Source: Bacilli bacterium (lineage in GTDB: Bacteria > Bacillota_I > Bacilli_A > RF39 > UBA660). Taken from it: 64,000 nucleotides of DNA. Of this stretch, positions 8,655 through 18,348 are shown one piece after another (positions within the stretch are counted from its first letter, which is position 1; each line of letters opens with the position of its first letter). Made by a program: the position numbers and the translations under genes. Below the pieces are notes generated by a model. That model saw only the letters and a list, made by a program, of their open reading frames with translations, had not been told where the DNA came from and did not search any database. Location of the stretch: NCBI GenBank assembly GCA_017442305.1, contig JAFRZY010000001.1, positions 2,632 to 66,631 of the forward strand, read 5' to 3'.

Positions 8655-10190
8655 GTGAATGCTTACGAAAAATATTATAGAAGAAGTTATAATGCTATTA
8701 AAAGATTAACCGAAGTTTATAAAAACGGCTATGATGAAGCAAAAATGCAGCAGTTTAGAGCGTATTTAAATACTTGTGGAATCAATAGAGATGTTTTATA
8801 TGCTGAACAAGCTAATATTATGTTTACAATAGCAGTAGCATTATTAGGTTTAAATAAAGAAAGTATTGAAAAAACCGAAAAATTTACGGAATATAAAAAA
8901 GCAAATAATGCTTTAAACATTAGAAAAAGAGATATTCCTATATCTGCTCAAAGAGAAATAGCAGCATTTGATGCTAAAAGAGTTAGAGAAACTGACTTAG
9001 ATGACTGGTTAAGTATTATAATTGATATACCTGCAGATAAAACTAACGCAGATCATATTAAAAGAGTAAGAAATGGTTTGTTGCATGGTAATTTTTATGT
9101 AGATGGTGATAATCACTTATTACAAAAAGCGCATATTAAAACAAAAAGTTATTATGAATCAGAACTATTAAGTATTGAGTTTCAAACTTTTGTTTTTGAA
9201 TACTTTAGTAATTTAGAAAATTTAGGCTTGGCAGAAAAAATGCAATCATTTCTAATGGATACAGAAAATCATATTGTTGATGAACTTGATTTAACTACAA
9301 GATTGATAGAAATGTCTATTGTTGAACTTAGCTATGATAATTTAAAAACAGTGGGAGTAGATACTCCAGAATTATTATACGTTGATTCATTAGATGAAAG
9401 ATATAAAGTAGATTTAGCGTCATTTGTTAAGAAAATGACTGAAACTAATAACTATGAAAATTTTAAATCTTCGATAAGACATTTAAATACAAACGAAATA
9501 GCTAAAACTTTTGTGTTTATCACTAAAAAAATTGGAGAGGATTTTTATAAATTTGATATAGATAAACAATGTGGAATAATTACCTCTCATTTACAATTTG
9601 CTATAAATCCAAAAAAAGATATTAGCAATTGGTTGATGCATTTTTGGTACTTGTTTTCAACAATGTATAATGGACGTTTTCACATAGAGTATTTTAGGGG
9701 TGATGATTTCGCATTTGAATCTTGTTTATCAGCATTGGCCATTTTAAAAGCTTATTTAGTAATGTATCGTATGCAAGTTAAAGATTTCACAGAAATAGAA
9801 TATGATAAAATTAACTTTGATCGCAGTTTTTTAAAAAACAAATTAATATCTAGTCATACTACAACTCCGCCGACTGAAGATTATTTTGAAGCATCATTTT
9901 TAAAAGAACGCTCTAAAGATTTGGTTAGTAGTGATGATGTAATATGGAACAAGATTATTTGTGAAGTAGTAAGAAATAGTTTGGCTCATGGAAATGTTAG
10001 ACCTTATACGGATAATTCTTTAGAATCTATGATTGAACTAACGGATGTTGATCCTAAAAATGGAAGTATAAGAGCAATTCAGATGCCGCTTGAAAAATTT
10101 GAAGAATTTTTAAATTCAGAAGCATTCAGTCCTAGTAATTGTTATAAAAAAACTGATGAAAGTTTAAGTTTAAGTAGAAAGAAAAGTTAA
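8655..10190 (+). CDS. Orphan protein with two HEPN-type R-x4-H motifs (candidate RNase)
   Basis: 511 aa, GTG start with SD gggtggag. RVRNGLLHGN (R139-H144, nt 9069..9086) and VVRNSLAHGN (R440-H445, nt 9972..9989). Own extended -10 (TGATATAAT) and own terminator. Confidence 0.5.
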   Translation: MNAYEKYYRRSYNAIKRLTEVYKNGYDEAKMQQFRAYLNTCGINRDVLYAEQANIMFTIAVALLGLNKESIEKTEKFTEYKKANNALNIRKRDIPISAQREIAAFDAKRVRETDLDDWLSIIIDIPADKTNADHIKRVRNGLLHGNFYVDGDNHLLQKAHIKTKSYYESELLSIEFQTFVFEYFSNLENLGLAEKMQSFLMDTENHIVDELDLTTRLIEMSIVELSYDNLKTVGVDTPELLYVDSLDERYKVDLASFVKKMTETNNYENFKSSIRHLNTNEIAKTFVFITKKIGEDFYKFDIDKQCGIITSHLQFAINPKKDISNWLMHFWYLFSTMYNGRFHIEYFRGDDFAFESCLSALAILKAYLVMYRMQVKDFTEIEYDKINFDRSFLKNKLISSHTTTPPTEDYFEASFLKERSKDLVSSDDVIWNKIICEVVRNSLAHGNVRPYTDNSLESMIELTDVDPKNGSIRAIQMPLEKFEEFLNSEAFSPSNCYKKTDESLSLSRKKS

Positions 10191-10274
10191 AACCTTTTCT
10201 TTTTTTATTTAAGATAACAATTATTTATAAATTAATGATAATTTGATATAATGAATAAGAAAGATAGTGATAGT

Positions 10275-10538
10275 ATGAATTTGACAATAGGTAAAGTTAA
10301 AAGTTTTGATGGTTTTTCAGGAGAAATTATTACTCAAAATGCAAAATATATATTTTTAGATACGGATATCATAGAAGGTAACACTATTACTAATAATGAT
10401 TTTGTTTCTTTTAGAGGAGAAGAAATCAATGGCATTAACAGAGCTTATTTTGTAAGATTTTTTGCTAAGGATATTAATGAAGCAAAAAATAGTACAGAAA
10501 CGTTAGAGAAATTATTAAAGAAAGCGGGTGATTATTAA
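10275..10538 (+). CDS. Small cold-shock-domain/OB-fold-like protein
   Basis: Track start 10251 lies inside the extended -10 box TGATATAAT (10244..10252), so ATG 10275 is preferred. GKVKSFDGFSGEII...FVSF resembles the CspA-type GxVKWF..GFGFI pattern. Stop overlaps the next start (TAATG). Confidence 0.4.
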   Translation: MNLTIGKVKSFDGFSGEIITQNAKYIFLDTDIIEGNTITNNDFVSFRGEEINGINRAYFVRFFAKDINEAKNSTETLEKLLKKAGDY

Positions 10539-13500
10539 TGAATAATAACCGCTCTTTAATAAATTTATTAGAACAAATTAATACAAAAATTGAAAATAAT
10601 AATTTTAATTTTACTGAATTAGAAGTTAAATTTATTAGTCTTAATAAAAATTTGTATGAAAAGATATTTAATATTTTGGCTAATAATAGAGAAGAATGGA
10701 AAACTTTATCAAAGGCTGCCGAAAAATTATTAGATCTTTTTGCATACAATTATGAACTAAATGAAGATTATATTAAAAATAGTAGTATATTTATGATAGA
10801 TAAAGGTTTTTTAAATTTTAATTTTTCTGATGAAAGGATAGCCTCAGAAGTTAACTCCTATTTTGCTGAAAAATTAAAAGATGCTAGTTATAAACCAGAA
10901 TCAATTTCTATTTCTAAAGAATTACTACAAATAATTGTTTTAAATAATAGAATGGATTTATTAGACAATGTAGCGTATATATCTGGAATGGACTTAAAAA
11001 CGGCATTAGAAATTAAAGATTATTTTGTAAATAATAATAAAGAAATTTCTCCAATTTTTCATGAATATTTAAAAGAGTGTAATTTACCATTAGAGATATT
11101 AGATATTCATGCCTTAATTAGAGAGATGCTAGGTTCTAAAAAAATATCTTTTGAACTTTTAATTAATAAATTAAAAAATTCTGATTCCCTTATAAAGGAA
11201 GATCCATTTTGGAGTAAAATTTTATCTAGTTTAGAAGAGAAAGAAAGAGAAATAATTGCCGATATACTACTTGATAAACACTGTTATATAGGAGTAATAC
11301 CTTCATTAAATATAAATGAAACAAATGTAGAAAAATACGTTAATAAGTTTATTCAAATTATTGATGCTGATGATATTATTGAAGATTTTACAGATGAATA
11401 TAAAACAAATAGCAATTATCAAATACTACTTAGTAAACCTAATGTAGTTGAGGCGTTAATCAAGCAAAATAAATTTTCAATTGTATTATGTAGTCCAATA
11501 CTTAATAACTATGTTTCTAATATTATAGAAATGATTAGGAGTAATCCTGAAAGATTTAGGGAAGCAAATTTTAGTGACTATGAGTTAGAAAAGTACCCAG
11601 AAATTTATTCGGAATTAATAAAAATTGGTAACTGTTCATTATATGATTCTTTTAATTGTTCAAAGGATTTAAAAGATTATTTTAAAGAACAAGTTATAAA
11701 TGGTAATTTTAAAAAAATTCCTAGGGCTTTATTAAATGATAATGATTTTATTAATTTAATGATAAAAGAGGGACATATTGATACTATTTTTTTGACAACT
11801 AATATGTTAAGAAAAGATGGGCTATATGAATTTGATTTAGAAAGTACTAAAATAATACTTGATAAATGCGAAAATGATTTGGATTTTGCAATTGATTTTT
11901 TGATGAGAAATACTGTATCGGTAATAAAAAATCAAGAGTTATTAATTTACTTTCTGCAATGTAATTTTGTGTTCGTAGAATACTTATTAGAAAAAATGAA
12001 CCATTTGGAAGAAGATTTGAGTATTTATTCTAAAGAGGTTTTAGAGGTTCTTAAGAATTATCTTATAAAAAAATATCAATTAAACGAAGAACATTTTACT
12101 ATATTAGCAAATAACTTTGGACCATTAATAGTTCGTTATGTGGATAACGAAAATATCAAAGAAGTAATAAATTCAAACGATGAAACTTTTAATAAGATTA
12201 TTGGATTATTTCCTAAATTAGAATTTAAAATGGCTGATGTTGAGAAAATATATGATGCGTTAAAACAATATGAATTTTCTAAAATAAATGTTAATGATAT
12301 TGAAATATTTGCTAGAATTAATCATTCACTTAATGATCGAAATACTGAATATTTAAAAGACTTAGAAACTTTAGCTACTATATTTGTTAATGAAGAAGAA
12401 GCAAATAAATTTTATAAAAAGTTTATTACAGCATATCCAGAATTGTTAGATTCTTGTAAAGAGAATCCAAAATCATTTTTACTTAATATAATAAAATATA
12501 TAGAGAGTGGATCTTTAGAAGAGAAAGATTATTATATTAATGTCTTACATTTTATAACAGATTATTATATAGCTAATAAACGAGAACAATATCGTCTTAC
12601 TTATGATATGAATGAGGCTTTAAATTTACCTTATATTTTAGATGAAAAAGATAGTATAAAACAATTTATAAAATTGTGTGCATTAAGAATTCATAAAAAT
12701 CTAATTGTTTTAGAAATGATGGAAAGAGGAATAGATGAAACTCTAGCCAACGATTGTATAGATTACTATTCTTTTGATAAAAGAGATTTTTCGGATGATA
12801 GAGTAGTAGAAATTCAAAAACATATTAAACTTATGATTAATCTTGCAAACAAAATTATTAAAATAACCGGTATTTCTCCATATTTCTTGGATTCGTTAGA
12901 TAATGAGGGGAAAATTAGAAGAAAATATTATGTTGAAGCTAATGCTGATAATTTATATGCTATCTTAATGAATTTACGGATAGATGTATTAGAAAATACA
13001 ATTTTAAAACCTGAAAATAATGCTACTTATGAAGCATTATTAACTTATATTTATAAATATAAGTTGCATTTATTACCTGATTATTTTAAAAAATTATTAG
13101 CAAGTGAAAATATTGATATTTCTTTAGAGGTATCGGATGTTGCTAGCTTTATTTCCTACTTTAGTGAAATAAGTGAAACAGAAAGAAAACGTCTTGATAG
13201 TTTAGGTAGAAATTCTGAAGATTTAAATTTAGGAATTATTTCTATTATGAAATATGCCGAAGCGTATTCGGCAATGTCTAGTGTATACAGTCAAATTTTA
13301 GGAATGGAAGATTTTAGACTATTAAAATCTAATCCTAAACCTAATGCGGCTCCATATAAAACAAAAGGGGACACTAGGTTGCATGAAGGGGTTTTAAAAA
13401 CTCTTGAAAACTTTAAAAGATCAGAAGTGACAGTTCCAACATTTAATGAAGTATTAACATTACCTAATGGTAAAAAAATGCAAGTAGTTGTAGGCAATTT

Positions 13501-14308
13501 TAGTCATCCCGCTAATTTAACGATGGGTGAGAGAACTGGTTCTTGTATGCGTATTGGTGGGTTAGGTGAAACACTTTTTGATTTTGTATTAAATGACAAA
13601 AACGGTTTTAACATTCGTTTAGTAGATCCTGAAACTCAAGAATTTATTTCGCGAGTATCAGGATTTAGAAATGGTAACAGTGTGTTTTTAAATGAATTGA
13701 GATTTAGTTGTAATTTAGAAAAATATTCTAATAAAGATGTTGTGGATTTTTGTACACAGGCAGCAGAAATTATGGTTGAAAAATCAAAAGATAGTTTAAA
13801 ACCTCTTGATAATGTATTTTTACATAATGCGTACGCAACAGTTGGTCTTGGACTTAGTGAAGTGTCATTTGGCATTTCGGACTGTAAAGAAGGATTAAGT
13901 AAGTTTTATTCAGACATTAAAGATAGAGGAATTGTTTTGGCAACAACTAATAAGCCTTTTGTGCCAATCGATTTTGATAAGACTAATATTCCGGCATATC
14001 CTGTTGCAAGGGAAGAAGTTTATAGTCATGAAGATTGCAATAAACTAAGAATGGCTATTAATAGAGTTCACTCAATCAACTTAGCATTACAAGGCTTTAA
14101 TTATGAATTCATTGAACCACTTAAGTTTGCAAATGGCATAATATTTGGGTTTGCTAATCAAGACTGGTATATTTATCTTGATGAAAACGGGGATATACAT
14201 GAAGAATTAATTAATATTGATTCGCGAGCTAATGCGGAATTAACCGTTGCGCGGGATGCAATAATGAGACTAAAAACTAATTTACAATTAGATAGTGGTC
14301 GTAAATAA
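10538..14308 (+). CDS. 1256-aa cytoplasmic protein of unknown family
   Basis: Long uninterrupted ORF translationally coupled to the OB-like gene. No P-loop, TM or signal peptide seen. The C-terminal ~300 aa look globular (GNFSHPANLTMGERTGSCMRIGGLGE...). Confidence 0.6.
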   Translation: MNNNRSLINLLEQINTKIENNNFNFTELEVKFISLNKNLYEKIFNILANNREEWKTLSKAAEKLLDLFAYNYELNEDYIKNSSIFMIDKGFLNFNFSDERIASEVNSYFAEKLKDASYKPESISISKELLQIIVLNNRMDLLDNVAYISGMDLKTALEIKDYFVNNNKEISPIFHEYLKECNLPLEILDIHALIREMLGSKKISFELLINKLKNSDSLIKEDPFWSKILSSLEEKEREIIADILLDKHCYIGVIPSLNINETNVEKYVNKFIQIIDADDIIEDFTDEYKTNSNYQILLSKPNVVEALIKQNKFSIVLCSPILNNYVSNIIEMIRSNPERFREANFSDYELEKYPEIYSELIKIGNCSLYDSFNCSKDLKDYFKEQVINGNFKKIPRALLNDNDFINLMIKEGHIDTIFLTTNMLRKDGLYEFDLESTKIILDKCENDLDFAIDFLMRNTVSVIKNQELLIYFLQCNFVFVEYLLEKMNHLEEDLSIYSKEVLEVLKNYLIKKYQLNEEHFTILANNFGPLIVRYVDNENIKEVINSNDETFNKIIGLFPKLEFKMADVEKIYDALKQYEFSKINVNDIEIFARINHSLNDRNTEYLKDLETLATIFVNEEEANKFYKKFITAYPELLDSCKENPKSFLLNIIKYIESGSLEEKDYYINVLHFITDYYIANKREQYRLTYDMNEALNLPYILDEKDSIKQFIKLCALRIHKNLIVLEMMERGIDETLANDCIDYYSFDKRDFSDDRVVEIQKHIKLMINLANKIIKITGISPYFLDSLDNEGKIRRKYYVEANADNLYAILMNLRIDVLENTILKPENNATYEALLTYIYKYKLHLLPDYFKKLLASENIDISLEVSDVASFISYFSEISETERKRLDSLGRNSEDLNLGIISIMKYAEAYSAMSSVYSQILGMEDFRLLKSNPKPNAAPYKTKGDTRLHEGVLKTLENFKRSEVTVPTFNEVLTLPNGKKMQVVVGNFSHPANLTMGERTGSCMRIGGLGETLFDFVLNDKNGFNIRLVDPETQEFISRVSGFRNGNSVFLNELRFSCNLEKYSNKDVVDFCTQAAEIMVEKSKDSLKPLDNVFLHNAYATVGLGLSEVSFGISDCKEGLSKFYSDIKDRGIVLATTNKPFVPIDFDKTNIPAYPVAREEVYSHEDCNKLRMAINRVHSINLALQGFNYEFIEPLKFANGIIFGFANQDWYIYLDENGDIHEELINIDSRANAELTVARDAIMRLKTNLQLDSGRK

Positions 14309-14347
14309 TAAAAAAATACTTGGACATACTACTAATAGGTGTAGTGT

Positions 14348-14668
14348 ATGAAGAAGTATTTTTTTATTTTTATATTATTTTTAGCAATGATTTTAACTGT
14401 TTCTGCTAAAAACATTGATAGAAATTTAGATGTAAATAATTTAAATTCTCGTGATTTATTAGGGTATTTAAAAGAAATAAAACAAAATCCTAAATCAATT
14501 AAAGTTTGTAATAAGGATTATTGTGATTATTTAAAATATAATTCATTAGAAAAGTCTGTTAATACTTATATTGATGAATATATTTCTTTTGTAAAAAATA
14601 AATCTGATGAGGAAACCTCTATAAAAGTTTTATTACAGGGTTTTTTAATAACGGAAATTATTTATTAG
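14348..14668 (+). CDS. Small secreted protein
   Basis: 106 aa. Signal peptide MKKYFFIFILFLAMILTVSA/KN. Confidence 0.5.
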   Translation: MKKYFFIFILFLAMILTVSAKNIDRNLDVNNLNSRDLLGYLKEIKQNPKSIKVCNKDYCDYLKYNSLEKSVNTYIDEYISFVKNKSDEETSIKVLLQGFLITEIIY

Positions 14669-15578
14669 CTTTTATTCCTTGATATGAATTGCGGCGTTTC
14701 ATTTCTTTATCAATGTCATTTAAGACACAAAATTTTTTTAAAAGCCAATCAGGCGCAAGTAATTCTTTTGGATTTGGGTCCCCGGTAATTCTGCCAATGA
14801 CTATTTTTTCATCAATTAATTCTAATTGATCACAAACTATATCAATATATTCCTCTTTTGTTAAAACTGGAAATTTTTCTTTATTGTACATAGTAGCTAA
14901 TTCGGTATTATTCATAATATGTAACATATGGATTTTTATTTCATCAATACCTAAATTATTTAGATATTTAACTGTTTCAAGCATATCATTTTTTGTTTCA
15001 TAAGGTAGCCCGTTTATAATATGAACTACGACAAATATGTTCCTTTTTTTAAGTTCTTTTACGCAGTCTTCAAAGTTTTTTAAAGTATGTCCTCGCTTGA
15101 TTAATTTTAGTGTTTTTTCGTGAATAGTTTGAAGACCTAGTTCAATTGTTAAAAATGTTCTTTTATTTAAATCTTCTAAGTAATCCATAACATCAGGTGC
15201 TATAGCATCACTTCTTGTTGCAATTGAAAGACCAACAACATTAGGAATATTTAAAACAGTTTCATATTTTTCTTTTAGGATGTTTAATGGTGCATAAGTA
15301 TTAGTATTAGCTTGAAAATAAGCAATGTATAAACTATTTGGCCATTTTCTTTCCATGATAGTTTTAATCTCATTAAATTGAGTAACTAAATCTTTTGTTT
15401 TATCACCACCAAAATCACCACTTCCGTTAGTACAAAAAATGCAACCATTACCATTTATTTTGTTTGGGCAAGAAAAGTTGCCATTTAAACTAACTTTAAA
15501 TACTTTTTGGTTAAATTTTTGGCGATAAAAATAATTTAAGGTATGATATCTTTTATTATCTAATGTGTATTTAAACAT
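14658..15578 (-). CDS. TIGR01212-family radical SAM protein
   Basis: 306 aa. N-terminal Cys cluster CPNKINGNGCIFC. Overall architecture of the YhcC/TIGR01212 group. Confidence 0.8.
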   Translation of the reverse strand: MFKYTLDNKRYHTLNYFYRQKFNQKVFKVSLNGNFSCPNKINGNGCIFCTNGSGDFGGDKTKDLVTQFNEIKTIMERKWPNSLYIAYFQANTNTYAPLNILKEKYETVLNIPNVVGLSIATRSDAIAPDVMDYLEDLNKRTFLTIELGLQTIHEKTLKLIKRGHTLKNFEDCVKELKKRNIFVVVHIINGLPYETKNDMLETVKYLNNLGIDEIKIHMLHIMNNTELATMYNKEKFPVLTKEEYIDIVCDQLELIDEKIVIGRITGDPNPKELLAPDWLLKKFCVLNDIDKEMKRRNSYQGIKANK

Positions 15579-15696
15579 AATAATCCCTGATTTCTTTTCC
15601 TTATTCTATCAAAGTTATCTAAAAAAAGAAATATTAGAGTTATTGTTTTCAGATATAAGTTATGATATTATATTAATAGTAGAAAAGGGTGAGACA

Positions 15697-18099
15697 GTGG
15701 CTATAAACAAGTTAAGAGAAGCAGCAATTAGTAATTCGGCTGCTGTTTTTAGAGGTAAATATTACCGAATCACAGTATTAACTGAAAGATTAATTAGATT
15801 TGAATATGACATTGATGGAAATTTTATGGATGAACCTACAGAGTTTGCAATAAATAGGAACTTTCCGGTTCCAGACATGAAAGTCCAACAAGATGATAAA
15901 TATTTAGAAATTGTTACTAAATATTTTGCTATGCTTTATGTCAAAGAAAAGCCTTTTGTTGGGCCTAAATATGCGCCTGATTCAAACTTAAAAGTAATTT
16001 TAAAAAATACCGATAAAATATGGTATTTCAATCATCCTGAAGCAAGAAACTTTAAAGGAACTAATATTAGTTTAGATGAAGATAGTACTAAATCTAAGCT
16101 TCATAAAGGTCTTTATTCTACAGATGGTTTTGCTTCAATTGATGACTCCCATAATTTGATTATTAATAAAGAAGGTTTTTTAGTTCATCCAAAAAATAAA
16201 AGGATAGATACTTATTTGTTTATTTATCGTCGAGATTTTGGGTTATGTTTAAAAGATTATTTTATGCTTACTGGTAAACCTTATTTAATTCCAAGATATG
16301 CTTTAGGTATTTGGTGGAATAGAGATAAAATATATAGTTTTGAAGATACAAAAAAACTTGTTAAAACTTTTAATCGTTATGGTATTCCTTTATCAATACT
16401 TTTACTAAGTGAGTTTTGGCATATAAAAGATCCGAAAGATTATAATAAATTTAAAACCGGATATACTTTTAATCCTGCTTTATTTTCGAGTCCTACTTTA
16501 TTTACTAGTTATATGCATGAGCATGGAGTTAGAGTTGGACTTAACATCGATCCTTGTGAGGGAATTTTTCCTCATGAAGATAAATATAAAGAGCTTGGTG
16601 GGTTAATAGGTTTCCAAAAAGAACAAACAATACCATTTGCTATATTTGATAAAATGTTTATCGAAATATATATGGAAAGATTAATAAAATCTCTATCTAA
16701 TTACGGTGTAGACTTTTATTGGATTGATTACAAAAGAAAAGATTTAGATAGTTTAAAAGCTCTTAATTATTATCATATGAAAGAAAATGAGGATAATCCT
16801 GAAAAAAGAAGCTTAATATTATCTCGAAATTCTTTAGTAGCATCACATAGATATCCAGTACATTATTCAGGTGAAACTACAGTAAGTTGGGATACACTTA
16901 ATTATTTACCAGAGTTTAACGCTAGTGCTAGTAATATTGGGGTTTCATGGTGGAGTCATGATGTTGGTGGTTTTAAAGATGGTATTGAAGATAGTGAACT
17001 TTATATAAGAAATGTAGAATTTGCTACATTCAGCCCTATATTTAGATTTAGTGCTAAAAGAGGTATCTATTATAAAAGAGAACCATGGTTATGGGATATA
17101 AAAACATTCAATATCGTAAGAGATTATTGTAATTTAAGACACCGTTTAATCCCTTATTTGTATTCTGAAGCATATAAATATTCCGAAAACGGGTTACCTC
17201 TTGTTCAACCACTTTATTATTATTATCCTGAGATATATGATGAACCTGTATATAAAAATGAATATTACTTTGGAACTGAACTTTTTGTTTCACCAATTAC
17301 TCGGCCTAATGAAACTGTAATGAATCGGGCAATTGAACAAATATTTTTACCAAAAGGAATGTGGTATGATTTCAAAACTGGTAAAAAATTTCCTGGTAAT
17401 AAACGCTATGTAGTATTTTATAAGGATGAAGATTATCCGGTATTTGCTAAAAGTGGATCTATAATTCCAATGGCTGTATTAGATCAGAATTTAAATGATA
17501 CTTCACTTCCTAAAAAAATGGAGATTCATGTATTCCCTGGCAAAAGTAACGTTTATAAGTTATATGAAGATGATGGTGTAACTAGTTTAAATGAGGAAGG
17601 CTATTATACAGTAACTGCAATTGATTATAATTATTTAGCTAATAATTACACTTTAATTATAAGACCTTTAGAAGGAAAAAATGGTATATTACCAGCTAAA
17701 AGAGATTATAAAGTAAGATTCAGAAATACTAGAGGTGCAGATGATGTTATTGTATATGTAGATAATGAACGAATTAATAGTGGCATAGAATCTTATGAAG
17801 AAGATACAGATTTTATAGTAGAAGTAAAAGATGTTGATACAACAAGACAATTAACAATCAATTGTAAAGGACAAGATATTGAAATAGATGCGGTTCGTAT
17901 TATTAATGAAGATATTGCATCAATCATAACAGACTTAAAAATAAAAACATATTTAAAAGAGCGAATTCATGCTATTATATTTAGTGAGTTAGCAATCTCT
18001 CAAAAACGTATATTAATAAAGAAGCTAAAAAAAGAAGGTTTGGAGAGTCATTTTATTAGAATGTTCTTAAAACTATTAGAATATATTTCAGAAATCTAA
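15697..18099 (+). CDS. Glycoside hydrolase family 31 (alpha-glucosidase/xylosidase-like)
   Basis: Track start 15565 overlaps the divergent radical SAM start, so GTG 15697 with SD aaaagggtgag is preferred. GH31-like motifs GVDFYWIDY, HYSGETTVSWDTL, WWSHDVGGF. Confidence 0.75.
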   Translation: MAINKLREAAISNSAAVFRGKYYRITVLTERLIRFEYDIDGNFMDEPTEFAINRNFPVPDMKVQQDDKYLEIVTKYFAMLYVKEKPFVGPKYAPDSNLKVILKNTDKIWYFNHPEARNFKGTNISLDEDSTKSKLHKGLYSTDGFASIDDSHNLIINKEGFLVHPKNKRIDTYLFIYRRDFGLCLKDYFMLTGKPYLIPRYALGIWWNRDKIYSFEDTKKLVKTFNRYGIPLSILLLSEFWHIKDPKDYNKFKTGYTFNPALFSSPTLFTSYMHEHGVRVGLNIDPCEGIFPHEDKYKELGGLIGFQKEQTIPFAIFDKMFIEIYMERLIKSLSNYGVDFYWIDYKRKDLDSLKALNYYHMKENEDNPEKRSLILSRNSLVASHRYPVHYSGETTVSWDTLNYLPEFNASASNIGVSWWSHDVGGFKDGIEDSELYIRNVEFATFSPIFRFSAKRGIYYKREPWLWDIKTFNIVRDYCNLRHRLIPYLYSEAYKYSENGLPLVQPLYYYYPEIYDEPVYKNEYYFGTELFVSPITRPNETVMNRAIEQIFLPKGMWYDFKTGKKFPGNKRYVVFYKDEDYPVFAKSGSIIPMAVLDQNLNDTSLPKKMEIHVFPGKSNVYKLYEDDGVTSLNEEGYYTVTAIDYNYLANNYTLIIRPLEGKNGILPAKRDYKVRFRNTRGADDVIVYVDNERINSGIESYEEDTDFIVEVKDVDTTRQLTINCKGQDIEIDAVRIINEDIASIITDLKIKTYLKERIHAIIFSELAISQKRILIKKLKKEGLESHFIRMFLKLLEYISEI

Positions 18100-18100
18100 C

Positions 18101-18129
18101 TTGCAAAAGTATTTATTTAGTGCTATATT
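18101..18129 (+). promoter_or_regulatory. SigA-type promoter of the thrS leader
   Basis: TTGCAA (18101..18106), 17-nt spacer, TATATT (18124..18129). Confidence 0.5.
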
Positions 18130-18330
18130 ATTAGCAAAGCAATGAATTGGACATGGTTATTAACATTTGTTTTAAAGAGAGTTAGTGGTTGGTGAAAACT
18201 AATAAACGATTTAATAATTACTACCTAGGAGCTGAACTCGAAAGAGATTTCCGGTTAATGCCGTTATAAGAATTAAGTTAAATAAAGGATGGTACCGTCT
18301 ATATGACTCCTTATGTACCATTCTTTTTTT
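18130..18330 (+). promoter_or_regulatory. T-box riboswitch leader (Thr)
   Basis: Stem I AGAGAGTTAGTGGTTGGTGAAAACTAAT. ACU/ACC in the candidate specifier loop (ttACTACCta). T-box core AAGGATGGTACCG. Terminator ATGGTAC...GTACCAT plus T-run. Confidence 0.8.
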
Positions 18331-18348
18331 ATTTATAGGAGGAAATAT

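Noticed and set aside
8572-14347. Looked for a CRISPR array or other spaced direct repeats next to the dual-HEPN gene, as a Cas13-like context.
   Set aside because: Intergenic gaps here are only ~40-85 bp and are occupied by a terminator and promoters. By eye I saw no 25-40 bp repeat/spacer periodicity here or elsewhere in the window.
15565-15696. Upstream extension of the GH31 ORF, which overlaps the divergent radical SAM gene start.
   Set aside because: It would place two divergent coding starts on top of each other. The GTG at 15697 has a good SD (aaaagggtgag), and the extension is hydrophobic nonsense-like sequence.
18313-18348. N-terminal ORF-track extensions of thrS (18313), the small membrane protein (21593) and tyrS (29861).
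   Set aside because: The extensions lie inside T-box leaders and terminators (29861 starts at the GTG of the GGTGGTACC T-box core). They are followed by proper SD-ATG starts at 18349, 21626 and 29927.
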